Assembly: GCA_013285655.1 (NCBI GenBank)
Contig: JABDHI010000006.1
Location: forward strand, 933-64,932
Reading direction: 5' to 3'
DNA from: Bacteroidota bacterium
GTDB lineage: Bacteria > Bacteroidota > Bacteroidia > JABEUT01
DNA: 64,000 nt
Positions 19,303 to 27,125 of this stretch are shown here, piece by piece (position 1 is the first letter of the stretch; every line of letters begins with the position of its first letter). A program made the position numbers and the translations under genes. The notes below the pieces were generated by a model. That model was not told the DNA's origin. It searched no databases and worked only from the letters and a program-made list of their open reading frames with translations.

Positions 19303-19422
19303 GTCATTGCGAGGAACGAAGTTGTTTTTATAATCCCGACCAATTGTGGCGGGGCAATCTCAAAGCAAATACTCAGACTGCCACATCCGCCCCGAGCACT
19401 CGTGGCCGGACCCGCAGTGACG
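19303..19422 (+). repeat. C-element (~110-120 nt nested-hairpin repeat)
   Basis: The first ~60 nt are nearly identical to 27878-27940 (GTCATTGCGAGGAACGAAGTTGTTTTTATAATCCCGACCAATTGTGGCGGGGCAATCTCAA). The ends GTCATTGCGA / TCGCAGTGAC are inverted. Confidence 0.85.
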
Positions 19423-19448
19423 AGTTACTAACCACTAAAACCACTAAA

Positions 19449-20759
19449 ATGAAACTGACAATTCTTGTCTGTTCGCTGCAAAAGCGACTGACTTTGTTTG
19501 CAAACCTATGCGAACACCTACAAACCCAAGCCGATAAATACCCTAACCAGGTTGAACTGCTTTGGCTGGGCGATAACAAAACCATGAGCGTTGGCGAAAA
19601 ACGCAACAAGCTGTTAAGCCTGGCTAAAGGCGACTACGTTTGTTTTGTGGATGATGACGATTGGGTTCCCGATAACTATGTTGTTGAAATTATGAAGGGC
19701 ATAGAGCAGAAGCCCGATTGCGTTTGCTTTAATGCTATCTATACAGCAGATGGCACTTCGGTGGCTGTCGAATACAGTTTACAAAATTTATTGAATGTGG
19801 ATGAGCCCGGCAAACCACGCCTGCGTGTACCTAATCACTTAATACCTATTAAGCGAGAATATGCACTCAAAACCATGTTCCTCGAAAAAAGCTTTGGCGA
19901 AGATACCGACTATGGCTTGCGTGTTAGGCGTTTGCTAAAGACTGAATATCGCATTGAAAAGCCACTGTACCATTACCGGTTCTCGGCTGCTACCAGCGAA
20001 ACACACCGTTACTCACCAAAGTATAAAAAACCTAAACCAAGCCCCATGATAAAGATGGATGTGGTGATGGTGAGTGATGCAGGACTACAACCCGCAGCCC
20101 CCCTTAATACCCCCATTGGGGGGGAACAAGAAGTGATCGTTCCAAGCCAAGGCTCCCTCCACAATGGAGAGGGTTGGGGTGGGGCTGTTATGACTCAGGC
20201 GGCAATCAATAGTATTGCATCACCCGAGGTGAATGTAATAGTGTTGGAAAAGAGTGAACAGATACGCTATGCCAATGCCGATACTTATTTGCAAAGGCAT
20301 CCCTTCAATTATAACCAGTGCTTAAACAACGGTGCTACTATGGGTAATGCTGAGTTAATATGTTTTACCAATAACGATGTGGTGTTCCCTGATGAGTTTT
20401 TGCACAGCGTGCTGCAAATTATAAAAGATACCGGAGCCGATGTGCTATCGTTCGCTAACCAACATGGTTTCCTTCATCCTGAAATTATTAGCGGCTTTTG
20501 TTTTGTAATTACGCGCAAGGCCTATTATAAAATAGGTAAGCTAAAACAAGATTATCTTTTTTGGTGTGCCGATAATGTTACCAGCGAACAAATTAAGCAA
20601 CATGGACTGAAAGAGGTTAAGAGTCCGTTGCGGGTTACGCACTTAACTTCGGTTACGCTTAAAAAGCTTCCGGCAGATTTGCGTGAGGCTTATACCCGCG
20701 ATTGTGTGAAAGCCTTTAATCGCGATTATAATCAGAATGTGTTGAACTTAGGAAAGTAG
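19449..20759 (+). CDS. two-domain glycosyltransferase (GT2-like + GT2-like), with a repeat-derived in-frame insert
   Basis: The internal ATG at 19449 gives MKLTILVCSLQKR...YVCFVDDDDW (DxD). The second domain is MIKMDVVMVS...ELICFTNNDVVF. An insert at 20095-20185 is made of palindromic repeat words. Confidence 0.7.
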   Translation: MKLTILVCSLQKRLTLFANLCEHLQTQADKYPNQVELLWLGDNKTMSVGEKRNKLLSLAKGDYVCFVDDDDWVPDNYVVEIMKGIEQKPDCVCFNAIYTADGTSVAVEYSLQNLLNVDEPGKPRLRVPNHLIPIKREYALKTMFLEKSFGEDTDYGLRVRRLLKTEYRIEKPLYHYRFSAATSETHRYSPKYKKPKPSPMIKMDVVMVSDAGLQPAAPLNTPIGGEQEVIVPSQGSLHNGEGWGGAVMTQAAINSIASPEVNVIVLEKSEQIRYANADTYLQRHPFNYNQCLNNGATMGNAELICFTNNDVVFPDEFLHSVLQIIKDTGADVLSFANQHGFLHPEIISGFCFVITRKAYYKIGKLKQDYLFWCADNVTSEQIKQHGLKEVKSPLRVTHLTSVTLKKLPADLREAYTRDCVKAFNRDYNQNVLNLGK

Positions 20760-20877
20760 TCGTTAGTCAATGATTGTCATTGCGAGGAACGAAGCAATCC
20801 CCTTGGGGCTCATCAGGATCTTTGAAAAATAAATAGAGAACCGAATAATCTCAACGCAAATAAAGTTGATTTGGTTT

Positions 20878-21059
20878 TGGCACAATCCTTTGCAACTATG
20901 TGTCAAGTTCTAACATCGAATCTCTTCACCTCACGTGCCGTTACCCTTGTGCAATGGTAGTTTGCGTTAGGGATAGTAGCGGTTACCCCGCAGCGCAGCG
21001 AGGAGTAAAAGCGAATAGCCCGACCCGTCCCGAGTACTCGGGAGAGGGGAACGCCCAAA
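20878..21059 (+). repeat. AB-element, full copy (reference copy)
   Basis: TTGGCACAATCCTTTGCAACTATGTGTCAAG...CACCTCACGTGCC, a linker, then GCGTTAGGGATAGTAGCGGTTACCCCGCAGCGCAGCGAGGAGTAAAAGCGAATAGCCCGACCCGTCCCGAGTACTCGGGAGAGGGGAACGCCCAAA. Confidence 0.9.
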
Positions 21060-21108
21060 GAATGATTAACTGATGTATTATTCTGAACTAATCAATAAAT
21101 AATATCCA

Positions 21109-21789
21109 ATGAAATTTTTGAGCCTGAAATGGGGCAAAGAATATGTAGTAGCCATGGGCGATACTATAGATTGCGTATCGCTGATAATGCAACTATCTAA
21201 AAAAGCCCCCCTGCTAATACCAGTGCAAGCACATTGCATGGCAACGGTACCAAGCCTGTTTCCAAAACATGCGGCAGTCGATTTTGTAACCATGCGCAAC
21301 TTTGCACACCTGCCCGAACTGGAGCGTGAATATGAAACGCTGAACATACATAGCGACGAAACTAAAACCGTAGGCATTAAGGGCCATAATGATATGATTG
21401 GCTTGTATATGGCTGCCAACCTCGACTATAGCAAGCGCGATGAACATTGCCCTATACCAACGCAGGTAAAACACGTGGTGCAGTTAAAAGTTCCAACAAG
21501 GCCCTATGCTTTTGTACCCGAAGGTGGTAGCCCGGGTACCTATTTTGTAAACCGTAAGTATATCGATCCGTCATTAGATATTATTGTGCCTCCTAAAAAC
21601 ACGCCTATGTTGCAATGGGCATCTATCATTGAGCATGCTACTGAAATACATTGCCATATTACAAGTTGGTGGCGGCTGATAGATAAGATTCCTACACGTG
21701 GTAAGCTGTTTATGCATCATTATGCCCGGCAAAGCTCTATACCTATTAACGAGTTTGAGTTTAGGAAGGAATGGGAGCAGTTACTTTAA
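21109..21789 (+). CDS. hypothetical protein
   Basis: 226-aa ORF with even codon usage and no family recognised. Its position next to the glycosyltransferase suggests, but does not show, a surface-modification role. Confidence 0.5.
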   Translation: MKFLSLKWGKEYVVAMGDTIDCVSLIMQLSKKAPLLIPVQAHCMATVPSLFPKHAAVDFVTMRNFAHLPELEREYETLNIHSDETKTVGIKGHNDMIGLYMAANLDYSKRDEHCPIPTQVKHVVQLKVPTRPYAFVPEGGSPGTYFVNRKYIDPSLDIIVPPKNTPMLQWASIIEHATEIHCHITSWWRLIDKIPTRGKLFMHHYARQSSIPINEFEFRKEWEQLL

Positions 21790-21810
21790 TGTAAATTCTA
21801 AATGCAAAAT

Positions 21811-22010
21811 TTGGGCGTTTCCCCAAGCTGCGCAAGGGGTCGGGCTATTCGCTGCAAGTCCTCGTTTCACTGCGGGCTTTCCGCTGCTATCTCTAACGCA
21901 AACAGCCCTAACGACTAATGACTGTCGACTAACTACTGCAAAGCTACGGCACGTGAGGTGAAGAGATTCGATGATAGGAATGGACACATAGATGCAGAGT
22001 ACTGTGCCAA
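21811..22010 (-). repeat. AB-element, full copy with an expanded linker
   Basis: Modules B and A in reverse orientation. The linker carries extra CGACTAATGACTGTCGACTAAC word repeats. Confidence 0.9.
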
Positions 22011-22089
22011 AGAAAGTGAATAGTGAAAAACTAAAAATGAAAATATAACTCACGACTGTTGACTAGCGACTAATCACTATCTTTGCGGC

Positions 22090-22221
22090 ATGGTAAGGGT
22101 ATTTAAAATAATAGTAATGGGCGTAGCCTCGATATTGATAGGCACAATGCTGCTGGGTATAGTGGCAATTGTGGTGTTCTGTTTCTATAATTTCTTTAGG
22201 GGACTGGGGCACAGAATGTAA
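22090..22221 (+). CDS. possible 43-aa membrane micro-protein
   Basis: MVRVFKIIVMGVASILIGTMLLGIVAIVVFCFYNFFRGLGHRM. A perfect TAnnTTTG box (TATCTTTG, 22078-22085) ends 4 nt before the ATG, which would give a near-leaderless mRNA. Confidence 0.3.
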   Translation: MVRVFKIIVMGVASILIGTMLLGIVAIVVFCFYNFFRGLGHRM

Positions 22222-22563
22222 TAGGTGAGGGCCTAAAAAGCTAAAAGGGGAAAGGACCCCATACCTCCCCCCGTTTTAGAGCGCGGTTGCCATAAGTTTT
22301 CACCAGACAAACCACAACATCAAGACTATTTAAATAAAATTCGCTTTTCTAACCTCTGTGCTATTGGCGTAATGCCCTATCTAATCACTAGCAAATTAAC
22401 AAATAGGTAACCTTATAAAATATGATTTAAGTCAGTATTTTTATAAATACCTGCTTTTCACCCCATTGATTTTTAGGAAATGCCTGTGTTTACAATAATA
22501 TTAGAAGTTTCTAATATTATTTAAAAAAGTAAAGGAAGTCTGGTGTTTTAAAGCTCTAAATAA

Positions 22564-23046
22564 CTAATTGTTATCGGCGTTTATTTGAAGGTCGTAAAGG
22601 CGGTTGTCGGTAAGGTCGTACTTAATGCTTAGGTAGTTAGACCCACCGCCTTGTACCATAACCATTTGTTTAAGCCAGTCCTTTACATATTTGTCTTCTT
22701 CCCAAAACATGTTTATGTAAAGTACCCTGTGCCCATCGGTAGTGGTATAACCAAAGTACTGGCGACGGTATTTCTTAAGGTGACGGTAAACATCGGGCAG
22801 CCTTTTAGTAGTATCGCGTTGTTGCAGCATTTGCTGGGCTATAGCGTGTTCGGCCTTATCAATATCGGGGAAGCCGGGAGTAAAGCGCTTGGTGTTGTGT
22901 ACAATATCGGTACTGTACGCCATGGGAAATATAGCACAGTCGTAGCTATCGGTCTTATAATGCCATGCAGCAGTAGAGTCCTTTAGCTGAGCATTTGCAG
23001 CAACTGAAGCAATAAAAATAAGCGCTACGAGTACAGTTTTCTTCAT
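22564..23046 (-). CDS. hypothetical secreted protein
   Basis: The internal ATG at 23046 gives signal peptide MKKTVLVALIFIASVAANAQ; no family recognised. Confidence 0.55.
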   Translation of the reverse strand: MKKTVLVALIFIASVAANAQLKDSTAAWHYKTDSYDCAIFPMAYSTDIVHNTKRFTPGFPDIDKAEHAIAQQMLQQRDTTKRLPDVYRHLKKYRRQYFGYTTTDGHRVLYINMFWEEDKYVKDWLKQMVMVQGGGSNYLSIKYDLTDNRLYDLQINADNN

Positions 23047-23159
23047 TCCTGAGTTATAAAATGGTATCCGACGAAATGGAACTCTACAAAAATATAATTT
23101 GTTTGCAATTAAGCAACAGATAAAAATCAATAAAACGAAGATTGTTAGGTGTTTAAGCC

Positions 23160-23975
23160 CTATTGTTCAAAAACAACCTGCACCGTATGCCAAACCCGAA
23201 CAGGTACATTATTTATAAGGGCAGGCTGCCAGTGTGAATAGGCTGCCAGTGTTTGTTTAGCAAGGTTATAAAATTGACTACCACAATTATTATATACCAG
23301 GCTATAGCTTCTGCCCATTTTATAATAAATTACTCCTTCAGATTCAAAGCTTATTAACTTATATGCAGATACTTTTCCATCGGGTTCGATTAATAGTTGT
23401 ATGATCATATACGGTACTGCCAATGGCCCCGCCACATGTTTAAATTTATTATACAGTGCTGTATCGTAATGGGCCTGGAAAAACTCACCCTTTGAACTGA
23501 CGTGAATATTATTGTCGGATAGGCGTGCCGGTGTGCAGTAGGCTTCGTTAACCGTATCGGTAATAATGTTGGCCATAAGGCAGCTATCGGCTTTGGCCGT
23601 TATTTGAATTTTGTACCAGTTGCCGTAATGTAATTTCAGTATCGAATCCATTGCAGCCATGTAACAACGGAAAGGGTTAAACCCTTCAAAGCCTAACCTC
23701 GATTCGGACATAAAATAGTACCTAAGGTTGTTTGCTTTGCATATGGCAGGCATATACTTTAAATGTAAGGGTGTGTTTATTGCACTTTCAATAAAGTAAT
23801 ACTTACCCGCATGGGCATCGTTAATGGCGCGCTGGCGTTCGGTAGCGCAAGGTTTATCTACCGAGTAATTGAAATTACAAACGGTATCGCAAGGCATTAG
23901 CAAGAAGGCGCTATCGGTTTGAGCTTGCGCCATGTAACTAATTAGTATAAATAATATAGATAGCTTAAAGCGCAT
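23160..23975 (-). CDS. hypothetical secreted protein
   Basis: 271 aa with signal peptide MRFKLSILFILISYMAQAQ; no family recognised. Confidence 0.55.
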   Translation of the reverse strand: MRFKLSILFILISYMAQAQTDSAFLLMPCDTVCNFNYSVDKPCATERQRAINDAHAGKYYFIESAINTPLHLKYMPAICKANNLRYYFMSESRLGFEGFNPFRCYMAAMDSILKLHYGNWYKIQITAKADSCLMANIITDTVNEAYCTPARLSDNNIHVSSKGEFFQAHYDTALYNKFKHVAGPLAVPYMIIQLLIEPDGKVSAYKLISFESEGVIYYKMGRSYSLVYNNCGSQFYNLAKQTLAAYSHWQPALINNVPVRVWHTVQVVFEQ

Positions 23976-24101
23976 AGTTGCAAATATAGGATGATAGCAT
24001 TAAGTTTTAAAACTCTCAACCACTTATACCCCCAACCCCCTAAAGGGGGCAGAATGCACGAATGGTGTTAAATCCCCTTTAGGGGTTTGGGGTAAATAAA
24101 C

Positions 24102-24870
24102 CTAATACGTAATATTAGGTTTTATGCGCCCGAAGCTATACGACAGAGTAGCAGTAAGATTACCGTATTCCATAACAGACTCGCTGCGGTTGGTGGATAC
24201 CTGGTCGGGGTTATTAGGTGAAATGATAGTAGTAGTAGTATGGAAAACAAAAGCGCTATAAAGTACATCGGCATAAAGCATTAGGGCTAAATGCGTATTT
24301 AGCTTTTGTCCAATACCTATACCCGGGCTCATGGCAATACCTGTTGATGTTGAAGAGGTAGTACTTACTTTGTAAGCCTGGTAGCCGTTGCCATTGGGTA
24401 TATTAATACTATAGTTAAGTGCGGGCAGGGCACATATCATTGGGCCAATCATTACCCTTACCTCAAAAGCAGTGCGGGTAGTGCGTTGTGGTAGTTTAAT
24501 ATTTAAACCGCCTAGTAAGTAATAAATGTTGTAATGTGCTGTGTTGCCTCCGCCAAAGGTTTTGGTTTTGTTAGTATCAAAGCCGAGTGGGGCATAAGCC
24601 GAAAGATTAAAACCCGGAGCGCTATAGCCAAGCACTGCCGCAATGCCCCAGTACGATTCTTTAATAGCAAATAATGCTGATGCACTTGCTGTTGGCCCGT
24701 TGGTTCCCCAAAAAGGCCGAACATCGGTGGTGGGATTTTTGCTCAGGTTCTCGCCATAACCTACACCGACAGATATGAGTGAATACATATAATGCGGCCG
24801 ACTGCTATCGGCTTGGCTAAAGGCAAATGAACTTATTACTAGTGCTGCTGCAAGTAGAAGGTGTTTCAAG
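24102..24870 (-). CDS. probable outer-membrane beta-barrel protein
   Basis: A TTG start at 24870 gives MKHLLLAAALVISSFAFSQ. The sequence has alternating Gly/aromatic strands and a C-terminal ...LSYSFGRI. A TACATTTG -7 box lies at 24887-24894 (rc). The track's N-terminal extension runs into repeat DNA. Confidence 0.5.
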
Positions 24871-25035
24871 CGGCGGTGTTTAATAACAAATGTACAAATA
24901 TGGTGAATACCCCAATCACCTGCACCCCCATCCCCCTGAAGGGGGTAAAATGCACGCACTGTGCTAAAGCCCCTTTAGGGGTTTGGAGTAATAGGGTGGT
25001 TTTTAGTAATATTGTATATAACAAACGAATAAAGG

Positions 25036-25827
25036 ATGATCAGAAAAAGACTACTACTATTTAGTGTTGCCTGTTCGCTTATGGCATGTAACACAAACCA
25101 GCAAGGTAAATCGGTAAGCAATGCAAAGCCCGGCGATACAACCAAAGCGTCTGTGGTTGTTCCGGTAGACCCGAAGATTGCAAAGTTGCTGGCCCACTTT
25201 AAAGACAATGTTGTTTTTCCATTACGTATGGATTCAGCTTATATTGACAATGTTGTAAAGTATGATTCGCTGGGAGCCAATGAAGTTAAGATGCTTGCGG
25301 TGCAATGGTATAAAGATAAAACCATGGATGATGATCATGGATATCTTACTGGTTTTTATAAAATAGATTCGTTAAAGACAAATCACAAATATGCCAGGTA
25401 TGTCGATTCGCTTCAGCCGGGCGATACTAAGCTATCGAATGCGTATGGCTTGCAAAAGTTAAAGCTGAAGGATAGCACACTATTATTGGTATGGGCATTT
25501 ACATATTCGAGCTACGAAGCCGACCCGGTGTTTGGTGGTACCAATATTTACGGCACGGTTTTAAATAACAATAATATTGGTATTACATATTTGCTTGCCC
25601 AAAGCAGCAGTGCTGCCGATCCTCCAAGCGGTACCGAAGGAATGCTTACCGATAGCATAACTAGCGATGGTAAGTTCTTTTACAGGCAAAGAAGCATACA
25701 AGAAGATTATGATAGCATGAAGGGCCAGGTGTACCAAAGTTTTTTTGAATATGATATAAGCCATGGCAAGACCAGCGCGAAGGCGAACAAAGACGGCGGT
25801 AGCTGGGAAATAAAATTGAAGGAGTAG
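25036..25827 (+). CDS. hypothetical lipoprotein
   Basis: Lipobox LFSVACSLMAC; 263 aa; no family recognised. Confidence 0.55.
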   Translation: MIRKRLLLFSVACSLMACNTNQQGKSVSNAKPGDTTKASVVVPVDPKIAKLLAHFKDNVVFPLRMDSAYIDNVVKYDSLGANEVKMLAVQWYKDKTMDDDHGYLTGFYKIDSLKTNHKYARYVDSLQPGDTKLSNAYGLQKLKLKDSTLLLVWAFTYSSYEADPVFGGTNIYGTVLNNNNIGITYLLAQSSSAADPPSGTEGMLTDSITSDGKFFYRQRSIQEDYDSMKGQVYQSFFEYDISHGKTSAKANKDGGSWEIKLKE

Positions 25828-26180
25828 AGTTGGTGAAATGCCTCCCGAATTTCGGTTTGCAAGTATAGGCCATGTATAAATCAAAAAGTGTTAAAAAAAC
25901 AGAAAAATTTGGGGCTGTTAGTAAATAAACCGATGCCTAACTATTGACAAACGGTTTTTGGTGGTGTACTTTGGCATTAAATATTTCTACAGAAGCTTCT
26001 GGAAATATAAAACGGAATACAAACCAATAAACCTACCCGGGGCAAAGGCAACGGGAAGCTAAAATTGAGGAATACCCGACGGGGTAAACCGGAAACAGAG
26101 AGGCATGAAGAACCCTGTTATTCATGTGGCAGGAAAATAAGTGCAATGCCTTAAAATAGAGAGCACTAAACAAATTAGTT

Positions 26181-26219
26181 AAAAAAGTAAGGGTTGCCCT
26201 GTAAGGCAGCCCTTTTTTA
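26181..26219. terminator. bidirectional rho-independent terminator
   Basis: AAAAAAG-TAA-GGGTTGCC-CTGTAA-GGCAGCCC-TTTTTT: an 8-bp stem with an A-run on one side and a T-run on the other, 110 nt downstream of the TIR gene. Confidence 0.6.
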
Positions 26220-26326
26220 TTTGTGCTAAAGAAGATTATTGTCTAAATCATTCCCATCGTTTGGCTTGTTGATAGTTATGTGAAATGGGTTAGCATTACT
26301 CGGACCTGGTGTAATAACTGAGGGGT

Positions 26327-26974
26327 TTATAGAAGATTATGATTTAATATGTTATGATAGTTAGTATGTTCATTTAAGGAGGCAACAGTGTAAAGGGGAG
26401 CATTATTTACTTGTTGTGAATCAGTACGCACTATTTGAAGGATTTCCTCTAGTATATCTCTGTCAGATCTCTCTGGTTCTTTTGTTGTCTCGGTTTCCTT
26501 TATCGCAGACAATTCTTTTTCAAATGGCGCCCATAATGCGTCAAATAAATCATTTAGGGTTTGGTCAGGAATAGGTTTTTCTTTATTGTCTGATAATTTG
26601 ATGTTTATAGTATGAATGAGTTTTTTTATGTCAGCCTTTGAGAATATAGTATGTTGAAATTGCCCAAGTGGAGGTTTTACATCACTGGGCGTCATATCTA
26701 GAAGAAAAGTACATACGTGGGCGTCTTGTGTCTTCGATAGCGCTCCAGCTTCAAAAAGTATCCATTCGGAAGATGTGTTTTCTTTGTTTAAGCATAATAT
26801 GCCAATTTTAGTGTTCTCTAATTCTACTCTTATTGTATCTATACCTCTCGACCCTTTTTTTATTTCTGTTGAAATAAAAGGCTCTACCGCTTGAATAACT
26901 TTTTCTAGAAATTTCTTCAATGCCTCAGCAGTTGCTTTGCTTTTTTCCCCTGACCAACTAAAAAATACTTTCAT
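26327..26974 (-). CDS. TIR-like domain protein (ThsB/COG4271-like N-terminus) with an uncharacterised C-terminal region
   Basis: N-terminus MKVFFSWSGEKSKATAEALKKFL...IGILCLNKENTSSEWILFEAGALSK matches the bacterial TIR-like pattern (F-x-SWSG...I-x-C-x-T/N-x-EN...W-I-x-FEAGALSK). The gene sits in a visibly AT-rich islet. Confidence 0.65.
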   Translation of the reverse strand: MKVFFSWSGEKSKATAEALKKFLEKVIQAVEPFISTEIKKGSRGIDTIRVELENTKIGILCLNKENTSSEWILFEAGALSKTQDAHVCTFLLDMTPSDVKPPLGQFQHTIFSKADIKKLIHTINIKLSDNKEKPIPDQTLNDLFDALWAPFEKELSAIKETETTKEPERSDRDILEEILQIVRTDSQQVNNAPLYTVASLNEHTNYHNILNHNLL

Positions 26975-27063
26975 GATTATGAATTTGTTTCTTTAAATGT
27001 AGTAATAATTTTGAAAGCCCAATGTTAGTGTGTCATGTTACTCTTCTGTGTAATATTTTTTTT

Positions 27064-27125
27064 CGACCTGTTGAAAACTACATAACTATTTTGTTTATTA
27101 GTAGTAAACATTGTGTTTATCTTTG
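27064..27125 (+). promoter_or_regulatory. conserved promoter block (CGACCTGTTGAAAAC box + TATCTTTG -7 box)
   Basis: Positions 27069-27125 align without gaps to 8071-8127. The box TTCGACCTGTTGAAAAC recurs inverted at 42052-42072. A TAnnTTTG box lies at 27118-27125. Confidence 0.6.

Noticed and set aside
19344-19448. N-terminal extensions suggested by the ORF track for several genes (19344, 11087, 14708, 22564-23130, 24871-24959, 37628-37735, 40367-40411, 41874-41900, 50282-50371, 51187-51204).
   Set aside because: The extensions run into repeat elements or overlap the upstream gene. Internal starts give canonical signal peptides or family-typical N-termini, so the shorter coordinates were used.
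21109-21789. Faint resemblance of the N-terminus (SLKWGKEY) to a KWG-motif putative glycosyltransferase family seen in phages and alphaproteobacteria.
   Set aside because: The resemblance is a five-residue similarity recalled from memory. That is insufficient, so the gene is left as hypothetical.
25975-26220. ~245-nt gene-free stretch ending in a strong terminator, considered as a riboswitch or sRNA (contains GGGGCAAAGGCAACGGGAAG, local hairpins and a 10-codon mini-ORF at 26105-26137).
   Set aside because: I could not match it to any riboswitch core I know (no B12 box, TPP, SAM, c-di-GMP or glycine signatures). No gene follows it on the plus strand. The terminator is bidirectional and is adequately explained as the terminator of the TIR gene. 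It remains worth an Rfam scan, but the sequence does not support the idea.
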